Shown here: piece after piece, positions 26,474 through 40,036 of the stretch
Position numbering within the stretch: the stretch's first letter is position 1
How the letters are laid out: every line of letters starts with the position of its first letter
Source: Lingula anatina
Lineage: Eukaryota; Animalia; Brachiopoda
Direction: 5' to 3'
Assembly: GCA_051362555.1 (NCBI GenBank)
Contig: CM120649.1
Coordinates: 3,844,001-3,908,000 of the forward strand
DNA length: 64,000 nt
Program-made: the position numbers and the translations under genes
Notes under the pieces: generated by a model
The model's database searches: none
Told to the model about the DNA's origin: nothing
Seen by the model: the letters and a program-made list of their open reading frames with translations, nothing else

Positions 26474-28115
26474 CCTGTGCCGGTCCGTGAAAACCGCGGT
26501 CCCCTTAAAGCCATCCTTGAAGTCATCTTCGATTCAAAGCTTGTCAGTTTGAAGCTAATTCAAACTACCTCAAAGTCCGTCATGACATGGTGTCCTTCAA
26601 ATTGCCTGGCGACAAAAAAAAAAAAAAAAAAAGTGCATAATTTTTATTTTTTTTATTTACGTATTGCCATTCTAGGTGGTAAATGGGATAATTTACAAAA
26701 ATTTCGCTTTCGTGGAAAAATCTTGTCTTATGTCCGAAAGGCTCTGAGTATTCAAATCTTGAAGCTACAAAAATGCATACATTTAAGAATTGCATTGGAA
26801 AAGGGCGTCTCTTTGTCCCCAACGGCGTCAAAATTGTAAATTAATGCAAATTTTCTCCTTCGGGCTGCAAAGAAGGTGCGTTGAAAAGTGAGGTCAGCAC
26901 AAACCCTTTTACCTTTATTCCATCATGTTATTTATCCCAAGGCAATATCTGTCCAGTCATACGTTTTACACCGTTAGACATTTTATTTACCATAAATCTA
27001 ACACACGCCTGCAAGGAATATTTGCATATTTCACGTTCTTTCAGAAAATTTTGGGGACTATCAGTCTTTTTGGACTAAATTCTTTTATAGTGAAAACGTA
27101 GCATCCAAACGCTTTACGCTTTTTTTTCCAAATTGAACTTTACATTCCTTTTTGCAAGATTTCCCGGGCATATTACAACTCCCTTGTTGCATGACCATGG
27201 TAACTATTACTTAAACCGTCCACAACATTATGCTACATGAACCGGTTTAAGAGGTCCTATACCCCGTTCACACTAGTCCAGTGTGGCGGCTAGTCGACTA
27301 GTGATTGTAAAATAACAAATTAAGCATCACAAATGAATAAAAAGGTAATAATTTACAGTGTCGGTAGTTATAGTCATGATCAGTTTCGGTAAGTGCTACC
27401 CTTGTTGACAACAGGGAACTGCTGAAATTTACGGTTTTGTTGTTGTATAAGTTCTTCAAACACCGAATAAAAGAGTATAACCTTTACTCAGGGGAATGAG
27501 GAAAAACTTGGCAGATCCTAAGGGCTGGTGTACATGTATGAGTGTGAGTGCGTGTTTGTGCGCGCGCGCGCGTGTGTGTGTGTGTGTGGGGGGGTCACAT
27601 ATCCCCTTATTTTCGGATATAACCATTTCTCTCGCACCCTTCCCCCCTCCCCCCCCTCAAAAAAAAAAAATGCAATGCAAGCGAAACATGAACTAGACAA
27701 TATCAAGTATTTTTGGACCATACTTTCCGCAGTAATATGCATGTGTACTCTTGTATTTTCCGAGTAAAGGGAAACAAATATAGTTTCTGCGCCCCCCCCC
27801 CCCCCCCCCCCCCCCCCCCCGAACCTGTCTTCTTTCCCTCGCTTGATCCTGTTTTTACGCGTGAAAAATTTTAGCCTACAGTCAAGGTTAGTCACCGAAA
27901 AAAATAATTTCGGTGTCAACTCTAGTCGCCGTTTGTTTTTGGCCCTCAGGGCAACCAAAATAGAAATTCATATCACAAAATCAATTAGTCCGTTAATTAT
28001 TCTACCTGGTGGGGTAACAGCTGAGGAGGAATTTAGGTCTGAATAAGAAAAAAACATGCTTGGATAAATAGATGGAAATGGCAAATCGGGATGTAAAGGA
28101 GAGAGAGAGAGAGAG

Positions 28116-28165
<50 letters not shown>

Positions 28166-29219
28166 AGAGAGAGAGAGAGAGAAGAGGAAAAGAGAATGAG
28201 AGAGAGAGAGAGAGACTATCCCACCTATGTTAAGGGAAATCCGAATAAAGGGGTGATTTTGAACATTTTTGTTTGCTGTAATTAACTTAACTTATGCTTC
28301 TTCGTTCTTTGGAATTTCGTTTTTGATAAAGAGCAGGACTGGGTTATATCTCGACCCCTCAATCTTCTGTCTACCCACACATAAAAAACTTTCATCAAAC
28401 AGTATACGGTTCTGTGGTTAGTGCTGAAGAAGGGGCAGGGAGCAAATTTTAAATGAAGCGAGACGCCGGAGTGGGGGGAGGGACCGAAACAATCGAACGG
28501 ACGAGGTTGAGAAAAGTGTTTGTGTGATTAGGGTTGAGGTGGGGAAGGGGTGAGGAGGGGGTGTCTCTAAACCTCGGCTTCCACATGTTCTTAGTCTAAA
28601 ATTTACACAAACACTACGATTTTAAGAAAAGAAAGTAGGCCTATAATGTATAACCAGGTATACATCCACTTCAAAGAAAAAAAACACACATACATGTAGG
28701 CCTACATGTAAGTCCAACTGAGCTCAGCAGAAAGATATCCAGAAATATCGGATACACTGAGAAAATTCCCTAGAAAGATCTCTAAAAATCTGTAACTTGC
28801 TGTTGTGTTAACACTGTTAAGATTATTGTGCATATGATAAAGGCCGATCATGTCCTCACATCCTAAATTATCTGTGAACACTAAGCACATGGGTCATATT
28901 AATTTATCTGTGGAGTAATTGATTTATTTATCTATATTTTTCTTATTATTATTACACTTATATCGGGGTGTTATGACAGGAAAATATTTTCAGTTAAACA
29001 CATAATATCGGTTGACACTGCATGTCCGATATGTGACCCCCTTTATTGACCTTTGTAGGCATATCTGTTTACTACAGTAAAATACATTTACGACCTGTTG
29101 ACCTGGGTCAATCAGTTGGTTTACGGGTTCGGAGGGTCCTAAACCAAGTGCTTATGTTGTGGATAGACCCGGGGGAGGATCCAGGATTATTTAAAGGGGT
29201 GTCCGCGGATGTGAAGGCG

Positions 29220-29254
<35 letters not shown>

Positions 29255-29819
29255 CCTGCACTTGGCGTGGGGTTCGGGGTCCGCTTAAGGGCTCCCAAAT
29301 TTTTTGGTACTTTTAAGGGCGCACGGTGCCATTTGGTGCGGTTTAGAACTGTGATTCAGCTAGTCAAAATTCTAATTTCAAGAGGTGACCAGAAATCGAA
29401 GGGGGGGTCAGGACATCCAAAATCCGCCACTGTAGGCCTATGTAGGCCTATTGGATTTGCCATATATATTTAATGAGTAAATATGTATATATTTACCTGT
29501 TATTTGTTGTAGCATCATTTGTTATAGTTATATTTTTAGAAATGAAAGGATAAATGTTGTACGTGAGGTCTATCTAAAAACTCATCGTTTTGAAAGTAAT
29601 TTAAGTCATTAAACTTATTATTATTTCGTTTAATTTTAGTTATGATATAAGCCTATAAAGTGCACTGGAATGTATATAGTAATGAAATGCTATACATGAT
29701 AAATGAATAAATATTATTGTTATTGAAAGAAAAATCAGATGGTTTTCAAAAAAGGTTAGGAAAACGGGACTGGGAAAAAATGGAATCTTCTTTGTCTTGT
29801 CTTGGCCGGATAGCATCGG

Positions 29820-29889
29820 TGAGCATTATCCACCATATCCCGCAGGCGCATGCGTACAATGTAACCTGGAAAGAAAGCGTGATGTGAAG
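29820..29889 (+). promoter_or_regulatory. Probable ZC3H13 promoter and non-coding first exon
   Basis: NRF1-like GCGCATGCG near 29847; donor AAG|GTGAGA at 29889/29890; acceptor at 30166 upstream of the start codon. Confidence 0.5.
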
Positions 29890-30184
29890 GTGAGAAATTT
29901 AATGATGAATTGTGTTTATAAAAATAATGGATTAAATTCAAGTATTTTTCAATACTTGAATGAGATAAAAATAAATATATAACGTTAGAGATTTTATTGC
30001 GGTTTTGCACTTTGCAGCATAGGCTGTAATGTAATCGAATTATTTTGTTTTCGTTTTAAATTACAAATAGTTATATGTCCAAAGAAACTGTTTATGTCAA
30101 AACTTAGTTATTGTTAAAGATCGCTTGTTTACTTTCACACAATTTGATGTTGTTATTTCCATATAGCAATGCCAAGTGCCCAGT

Positions 30185-30634
30185 ATGAGTAAGAGAAGGG
30201 TGACTGTAGAAGGCTCAAAAGCTGTGAATGACGATAAAAAGAAACCCAGTGTATTTGAGCGCCTAGGCAGAAGCTTTGACAATACTGAGGTATGGTAGTC
30301 TGTATTTATTACTATTCTGAGAGTGAAATTTCTAAGTTGCCTGTCAACTTGAATTCCCACACTTGAATTTCATGTTTTATTCCATTTTTATTTTTAATGA
30401 GCACATTCAGAACAACGGACTAACTCTTCCGTGGATCAAATGTGACGACCCACTAAGAGGCTTAATTAGACACAGAATAGATTCCCAGCAGAGATTAGGC
30501 AACAAGCATTTAAATGGGTCAGTCAAATTTGATCTGCAGATCTGTTAGTCCGCTGTTCTGAATGTGTTCAGTGATTTAGTGCTAAATGACTGGCCAGTGA
30601 TTTAGAACATTATGTCTTCCTGTACCTTTTAGCC

Positions 30635-30666
<32 letters not shown>

Positions 30667-33600
30667 TTGTCAGATACTTTTATTTAGTAATTAGCAGTAG
30701 TTAAGCTATCAATGTGGGAAAGAGTTAATTTACAAGTAGCAGCATTGCAGGATATGTAGACATACAAAATATGACTTTTGGAAATTTTTCAATGCATGCA
30801 ATGTACCTTTAAATTACATTCCAATTTTCTCATGGTGTTCTGATTACTGTGCTGATCTGAGGTCGTGGCAGTAGATTTCTCAAGTCACTAGAAATAGTTC
30901 AAATGTGCATTGGATGCTGTTTCATTTCAGACTGTACGCACTTGCCGTAATTGGGTAGAGACTGGTGAGTGTCCATACGGAAACAAGTGTAGATTTCGTC
31001 ATCCAGGTTATCCAGGTAAAAATAAAGGGTGAGTGTGAGCTTGTTTTCAGAACAACTCTAGATTCAGTTAGATGAGCACAGCATCAGTGGCTGAAGGGAG
31101 AGGGGGAAGGACAAAGTAGTAGGTTTTTTAAACGGACCAGGCATTTACTAACACTACTGGCAGATCTTTGAGCACTAACACCCATATTAACCACAAAACC
31201 CACTGATTAACCAACACACCGTAAAATTATTTAGCACTAACAAAGTCATACCTAGCACAAACATTCATCTGCTGTTGTAGTGCTTGTTAATTTGAGTTGT
31301 GTGGTTAATATGGGTGTTAGTGCTAAAAGATCTGAGGGTAGTGTTAGTAAATGCCTAATCCATTGATTAAGCCTCAATATGCATGTGTCCATCTCTTAGT
31401 TTCTGAAATAACCCATCTCCTCCAAAAAAATTGTAAACACCAAATGAATGAGAAAGGACCATTTTGGATCCATGTTTGCTACATAGGAAAATAGTCCTCA
31501 TTGACTGTTTTATATTGTGTTTGCATAGCTGCCCTCCTTTCTCCTTCCCGCATCAATATCCTGGATCCCCCACTGAGCATGCTTTGTTTAATAGCACTGT
31601 TCAAGAAAAGAAAAGAAATTCATGGGACTTTAGAAAAAAAAAGTTGCTTTATTCATGCTTGATATTTGAATTTCCTTTTAAAATGTCAAAGGTGCAACCC
31701 ATCTGTTTTTTATTTTTATTTTTATTTTTTATTCAATAAAATGGCTGGTAAACTAACCAAAAGTGTTATCCTTTCAGCTTTGAAGATTCTGATGATCTGA
31801 GGTTGAAGATGAAAAGCAAGAGAGACAAAAGTGCCAGCCCCACTTCTTCTTCACCACAGGTAATTACATTCTGCATGTAACATGTTTATAGTATGTTTAT
31901 GGTAAATTTATAATCACACCAAGGTTTATATCATTGCTTAGATAGAATATTTTATGAGTAATTTTACTAGTACGTATGTTCATTATATAAAGATTATTTT
32001 TTCCTTCACAAATGGTTAGGCAACATAATACCAACTAGAGAAATGGTAATGCACTAACTGTATTGTATCGTCATTAGTATATCATATTGTACAAGGTCAT
32101 GACAATCTATGTACCAGTACAGAAATAAATTGAAATTGAAATTGAATATTATTTAAGGCAACAATGAGGATTGTCTCTTTAAATGCAAATGTTGCCATTA
32201 AATGGCCATGTATTTTGACTGAATGAGAAACTTATAATATATATGTAATTAAGAGTGATCAGTGCACTTTTTCTTAATTTTTAGAGAAGCAAAAAGAAAG
32301 ATAAAGAAAGTAAAATGAAGTCCACTGTTGTGGTGTCAAAAGGTGATAGAAAGGGGGAAAGTGAAAGTGAAACTGAAGTGCCTGATGGTGAGTTGATAAA
32401 AGTGATTGTAATTGATTGTCAGAAAGAAATAAAGCACTTTCTAATTAGTATATTTTAATGTCTTTTTAGGCAAAGGGAAAGCCCCATTTACCTTGTTAGT
32501 CTGACTTTTGGTATCAGATCTTTATCCCAGCTTTTTCCATTTCTGTATAAATTGATTAATTATATTACATTTGGTAGCAGCTGTTACATGACAAGTTTGA
32601 AATATTTTTTCCTTTAAATTATTACACTTTGATGGTATGCCTTTATCTTGGATGTGCAACAATTATTGAATTTGATTATGTGATATATTATATCATTCTT
32701 TCTTCTAAAAAGAACGTAAGCCATTATCGTAGTCTTAGGATAGCAGTGGGTTTGACAGCTGAAGACATGGCTGAGAAAAAAAATAAAATTTAAGAAAAAA
32801 AAATATGTCACAACTCATGCTCTCATTTATACGTGTACTTAGAATTCTGATTTGGTTTGGTTTGGTTTGTGGACATTGCACATCTTCACATAATTTCCCC
32901 AATTTAAGATTGATTGATCAATGTAATCCCTGAATAATGTCACTCTAGAAGCATCTGGATTAGACTTTGCAGAGGAACTGGCGCTGATGCGTGAGCGGCA
33001 AGCACTTTTACGACAACTTCAGGAGACGGAAGGCGGAGACAGCGAGTTCGAGAAGGTGGTTATTGAAAAGCAGGTAGTGCACCATTTGCATGTGTTTGCT
33101 GAGGGGGTCTCAACTTTAATTGCATGGGGTCCATGCAGGGTTCTCAAGACCAACAACATGGTGGATTCTGACTGCATGAAATTAGATAGGAGAATGACTA
33201 ACATAAGAACATGGGGTTTAGTGAGGAGTTATCTTACATATCATCATGGGGTTTAATATGGGGTTCTCTTAAATATCAGCATGGGGTACAGTATGGGGTT
33301 CTCTTACATATCAGCATGGGGTTTAGTATGGGGTTCTCTTAAATATCAGCATGGGGTTTAGTATGGGGTTCTCTTACATATCAGCATGGGGTTTAGTATG
33401 GGGTTCTGTTACATATCAGCATGGTCGTTTTAACTTTAGTAGGGGTTCTCTTACATATTAGCATGGGGTTTAGTATGGGATTTACTTACATATCAGCATG
33501 GGGTTTAGCATGGGGTTCTCTAATATATCAGCATGGGGTTTAGCATGGGGTTCTCTTATATATCAGCATGGGGTTTAGTGTGGGGTTCTTTTACATATTA

Positions 33601-36600
33601 GTATGGGTCTCTTTCATGTTGACATGGGGCTCAGTGTGGGGTTCTCTTACATATCAACATGGGGGTATGCAATGGGGTTCTCTTACAAACATGTATAAAT
33701 GTAGATACACTTGCTAAAAGCTGACCTCCATTTTCTAGCACATTTACACTAGTCAAGTGAGAAACATCTTCCATTTTTTTTATAGTTCTAATTTGGGATT
33801 CAAAGTTACCCCCCTTCTGCAAAGTTAGAATACTAATAGAACCACTGGGGTCATTAATTTAAATTTGACGTTTTGATAACTTTGCTAATTATGCATATCA
33901 TATGACTTCATGTCTCTTTGCTACTTACGACAGTTGTGCTTTATTATATCCTGTGCTTTGTTTGACCATCACTTTTTGATTTATCTTCTTTTCTGTAAGA
34001 TAAGCTAGTTGAAACATATGATAAAATGAAAATCAGTCATCACTTTGAAATTAAGCTAGTTGTGTAATTGTTCCCTTGCATTCAAGTGAGAATATGCAGA
34101 TACCACTGTTGACGTCATGTAATGAAGTGTCTTATAATAAATTTCAAATATCAGATTACTTCAGAGGAATCAGAAATAGAAGTGCCTCACAAAAAACACA
34201 AGAAAAAGAAAGACAAAGACAAAGAAAAAAACATGAAGTCTCCTGATTTGAACCCTCAGTTACAGTAAGTATTATAATACCTGTCTTTGTGTGTGTGTGT
34301 GCGTGCGTGCATGCGTGTGTGTGTCATCTTGATATAGTAAATGTTCAGAATATTCACACACCAGACTTGTTCTGACATTAAACATTTTCCAGATTTGTGA
34401 ATTTTAGTTGTACACAAAGATTCATATCTGAAATGAAAAATGAAGACCATTTCTAAAGAGACTAAACATGGTCCATAGGGACCATTCCCATACCCTATTG
34501 TACTAGCAGGATCGATCTATCTCCTAGGGTTTTCTCACTAAATTGCATTTAGTTTAAGCGTGCATGAAAGTCAATTACCCCCTAGCAGCTTCAGTGGACA
34601 TAACAAGCATTTTAGCCACTTAAACTGAATGCAATTTAGCAAGAATCCCCTCAGAGTTAGATTGATCCTGCTAGTATGATAGGTTTATGGGAACCCAGTC
34701 TTAGAAAAAAAAACATTTCATTTATTTGTTTATTTTGATTTTTGTCAATAATTAAGTCTGCTTCTAATTTTCTTCATCAGAAGTCCCCCAACCAAAAAAC
34801 ACAAGAAGAAGGAGAAAGGGCTGAAGACTCCCCCTGCTGCTGCTAAAGGAGGGCCCCGTACCCCAAGCCCTGATGTTGTGAAGGAGTCGAAGAAGGAAAA
34901 GAAAAGGTTTTTCATTATTTTTAACTATAATTAATTCATTATGAAGTGAGGAGTTCTTTTTTATGTAGAATAGTTCAATATGAAATAATAAATATTCAAT
35001 GTCTTTTCCTGGCATTCTTTTGAAAGTTTTTTTTTATGTATATTAAGCAAAGAGGTTTTTTTCAGTTCATAAATAAGTTACGTATTTTTTTTTTAATTTG
35101 AACATATATCCATGTATTTATTTATTTATTTTTATTTATTCATTATCATTATTTTTTTATTATTTTATCTATTTATTTTTTTTTTTGTGAACAGTCTCAT
35201 AAATCCAAAGGAAGTCCAAGAAAGCAATTGTCACTTGTCTATTAAAACTTTTTAAAGACTAATATACTGTTTGATGAAAACAGTACAATCGAGTTGAATT
35301 ATTCAGATTGAAATCCCTGGAAGAGAATGACATTTTTTTCTTAAATTTAGGTTGAAATCCCTTGAAGAGGGCGACAAGGAAGCAGTGGTGGTGAAAGAAA
35401 AACACAAAAAGAAGCACAAAGCAGCCAAAGAAAGAGAGGAGGTTGAACCTTGGACGTCTCCAGAGAAAACACATAAGCATAAAAAAGAGAAGAAAGTGGC
35501 TCCCTCTAGGTAAATGTGTGGAAATCATATAAAGATGAGAAAAGAGCTCCTCTAGTTAAATGTGTTGATTTCATAAATAGGCAGAGAATGTTACTCCATG
35601 TTAAAGATAAAAGTATTGATATTGTATATGGGCAGGTAGATGGCTTTCAAGAGAAACTTTGAACTAAGGTGTATAATTACAAAATTCAGAAAAATTAAAC
35701 GTTTTCTTGTTTTTTTTTTTTTTTTTTGGGGGGGGGTAAAGGGAAAGGGGGAAGACTTGACAAAATTACCTTCCCCTTTCTTAATTTTATCTATCTGCAC
35801 TATGTTTAGATCACCAAGTGTAGAGAAAGTCAAGTCCAAATCAAAGTCCAAGCGGTCACTCTCTCCGGAGGACTACAAAAGGGGGGATGACAGTGACGAT
35901 GATAGAAATAAAAAGTCCAAACGCTCACTATCCCCGAGGGAGGAAAGCTACAGTAAATCAAAATCAAAGCGCTATGATAGCCCAGAATACGAGAGATCAC
36001 GCAAAAGGTCGCCTGAGGAATACATCAGGTCGTCATCCAAAAAGGACTATGATGACAGAGATAGGAGAGGTCGTAGGTCACGGTCAAGGTCACCAGAGGC
36101 CATAGATGATTATAAGGATAAGAGGGAAAGGAGGTCTCCTGAGGAAAGCAGGAGAAGGAGATCACCGTCTCCTGACGAGCGTTATCGAGAAAAAAGACCT
36201 GCTTCGCCAAGGAGTCGCCAAGATCGCTCGCCTGAGGAAGAGAGGTCAAGAGGTCGTGGTGAGGAGAGGAGAGGGCGGTCACCCAGTGGTTACGACAGTC
36301 GGAGGGGGGACGATGACCGAAACAGAAGGCGAGACGAGGACTATAACAGGAGAGACGATGATCGTTACAGAAGAGATACCAGGCGGGAGGCCACCCCAGA
36401 GCAGCGGGGCAGCAGCAGGAGAGATGAGGACCTGCGCCAGAGAGGCTCATCTCCCAGAGACAGCAAGTCCAGCAAGAGGGCCCAGTCCCCTGAAGACAGT
36501 TTGCCCTCTCGCTCCCCTGCAAGCCGGAGGTACATGTCTCCAGCTGAGGATAAGTACAGGGACAGGAAAAGTCCAAAGTCTCCCCGGCGTCCCCCTTCCA

Positions 36601-39600
36601 TAGCAGAGGGACAGGACTATGACAGAGAGCGTGAGAAAGACAGAATGCTCCCTCTCCAACAGGAAGTTCCACCAGGGGGCACTCCAGATCAGCCCCGGTC
36701 AAGAGAGGCCGAGATGGGTGGCGAACGAGACAATCGTCCTCCAAGGGAAATGTACGATGAGCGGGGGCGGGATAAGTACAGGCAAGAGGACCTGCGTGGT
36801 CGCTCGCCGCCTCGCTCGGCTGAGAGGTACGATAAAAGGGACAGGTATGAACGTTACCCAGACAGGAGAGAGGGAGCAGAGGAGAGATACGATCGCCCTC
36901 CAGATAGGCGAGATTACAGAGATGAGAGGGAGAGATACGAAAGGGAGAAGTATGGAGATAGGAGAGATGATCGGGGTCGTGACTTCTACCAGGACAGAGG
37001 GCGTGGCAGGGGAGGGTTCAGAGGAAGAGGTGGTATGAATTTTTTTTTTCTAACTTTTAAAATGTTTCATGTCTTAAGCGCTGATTAGAACTGCCAGTTA
37101 ATGTTTGGTTTCTGCCCACTGTTTCTACTTTAGTCTAGCAGATTCTTAGACCCTGCTCTCTTGTCAAGGGCCAGCTTAAAGTTTGTGACACCAAACATTA
37201 CACTGACTGAGGTAGTATAGACTAGTTATAGCATGGGCTTATCTTTCACGCTGAAATGTTTGATAAAATGAGTATTATATATCTGCCCCCTGAGGTATAT
37301 CAAACTGATTTTATTAATATATGAAATTTATTTACTTATTTATTAAGGTGGAAGGGGAAGAGGATATCCTGGAGAGAGATATGGTGTGTATAAAAAAACT
37401 TGGATTATGTAAAAATAAATTATAAAATTTAATGTGATTTCAAGAATGAACATGTTGGTCGTCTTAAATTCAGGTCTACAAAAAGTGCAGTATCTACTGG
37501 TTAAAAAAGCACAATGTGTCATTTGAAAGGACCACTACTGATTAAGCTTGCATAAATAATACAAAAAAAAAAAAAAAGCCACAGCATTAAGTCCTTAATT
37601 TTAACTTTAAGTCCTTAATTCTTTTTGTTTAAATTCTGAAGCAGTTATGTATGTTCACTGCTGTTTCATTATGTAAGTGAAGCATCAACTCCTGTTTTTC
37701 TCACCATATTTCCTGTAATAGATGACCGTGGCTATCGTGACCCCAGAGGACCACCTCCAGATATGAGGTCACGCAGGGGGGACTGGGATGGTCGCCATGG
37801 TGATGACAGATATCCCATGAGGCCAGACGATAGAGGGCCTCCAAGACCAGATGAAAGGGGCCAGCCAGTTCCTCCTAGGCCAGATGAAAGGGGACTTCCG
37901 AGACCAGAAGAAAGGGGTCCACCAAGAGATGACAGGGGTTTACAGAGACAGGATGAAAGGGGTCCCTATAGAATGGATGAGAGGGGTCCACCCAGGTCAG
38001 ATGAAAGGGGTCCACCACCAGATGGCAGTAGAGAGAGGCATCCTTATGATGACAGAGCAAGGGAGGAGTATAACAGGTAGATAACCAAGACAAAGATTAC
38101 ATTTCTGCACAATTAGTGATATTCTTACTCTTCTGTGCAACTCGACCTTTTTTTGCTATGCTGAAAAATTAATTTTTTTTTGCATTTGATAATTTTTAAA
38201 ATGCACATTTGAAATGTTCCATTCTTCAAGTGCAATTTGTTCATTTACATAAAATCTGATGTAACTATAACAAATGCAGTAGTTTACATACCTAGGATTG
38301 AAAAAAAGGTCTTTATTAATATTTTGAATAAATGATTGTATTCAAGATATTAATAAAGACCTTCTTTTCAATCCTAGGTATGTAAACTACTGCATTTGTT
38401 ATAGTTACATCAGATTCTGTTCAAAGATAATGTTCATTTCTTTTATTAGGTATAATTTTCATCATCTAATTCATTATAACTTTAAATTAATTAGATTTAA
38501 ATTGACTGGGTTTATTTGAAATTATTGTTATTGGTGACATTTCAATTTCCAGGAAGCGGTACAGAGAAGAGCTCCCTTCCAGAGGGTCACGGTCACCACC
38601 CTACAAACGGCAGCGAGAGTTATCTCCTGCTCTCAGCGCAAGTAGCCGTGGAAGGGAAGACCGGGACAGGCAAAAAGAGGACTACCGCAGAGATGATAGA
38701 GAGCGGGATGACCGGGACAACAGGGATAGGGATGACCGGGACAACAGGGATAGGGATGACCGGGATAACAGGGATCGGGATCGGTTAAAAGATGAAGGGG
38801 GCAGGGACAGAAAGGTTAGGATGGGGGCTGTTTGAAAACAGGGCTTACATGTATTACCTACATGTGGTCTAAATTGTTGAGTCAATATTACGAAATTAGA
38901 AAAAACTACTTAACCCAGGGTAAATCAAGTGTTGCCCTCTTTCTGGTGTAGAGATTGAAGTCTTCCAGATTTATGCAGAAATCAGTATATTTGATTGTTT
39001 TCTTTATGACCTTTGACGCACCCCCCCCCCCCCTTCCCCACCTCGATATAGAGCTGTTGTTTATGCCATTCACACATTCTTTTTCATTTTGTCCTTAGTA
39101 CGTTGATGAAAGGTACAGAGAAGATCCAAGGTCAAGGTCACGAGAAAGCACACGTGGTGCAGAAGAACGGGACCAGAAGGCAAGACTGCTAGATGAGGGT
39201 AGGTTATGTAGTCTTTCCTCTTATGTTGAAAAGCAAACAGTGCTGTGGATGCTGTAAATATTTTAATAAATAAGAAAAGTACTTTACTGTTAAACATGTA
39301 CATGATAAAATATGCCCCTTCCAATCTTTGATCTTCTCAGTCCAGCACTGTATTGTAACATGTGAATTTCCAAGGAAATAATTCTGTTGTGGCAAGCAAT
39401 TTACATGTGTGGTACATAAAAGATGACTTGTTAAAATAAAATAAATCATCATTGGATCAATCATTGGATGGACGGATTGAAGGTGTGTGTCACTTTAATG
39501 TTTGTAAGTAAATAAAGAAGGTAGAAGTGATGTTGCAGATTGGGTTGAAGGTAGGCATTTGTTAGGGGGACCAGATTCAATCAGTAATGTGCCATAATGA

Positions 39601-40005
39601 AAGAACATTGAAGATGCATTGAACATTTGTTTTTTGTCAGCATTTCTCTCCAAAGCCTTTGATTTTTAGATATAAATTTTGTTTTGTTTCCCTCCAGGTT
39701 CGGGTCGCGGCACACCTCTCAGGGATGAAGACAAACCGAAATTAACAAGGACGCCAGATAGGAGAGGTAACTATATTTTGGTGGTGGTTTGGAAAATTTG
39801 TATAATTCTTTTTTTAGAGCAAAAGTATGTTTAAATCAGATATGAGGTGACACAACTCAGGAATGGATTTGTTGTCCTATTAATCCAGTGAATATTGTTT
39901 TATTTTGCATTCATTGACGAAGTAAAAGCTGTACTTTTTGTTATGTACAGACACAGATGTGTCTGTACATATAGCCATCATCTGCGTCTGTCGTCGCCGT
40001 CGCCG

Positions 40006-40036
<31 letters not shown>

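Noticed and set aside
35887-37038. Alternative-frame and antisense ORFs (up to 239 aa) over the big ZC3H13 exon
   Set aside because: Expected shadows of purine-rich RS/RD coding sequence
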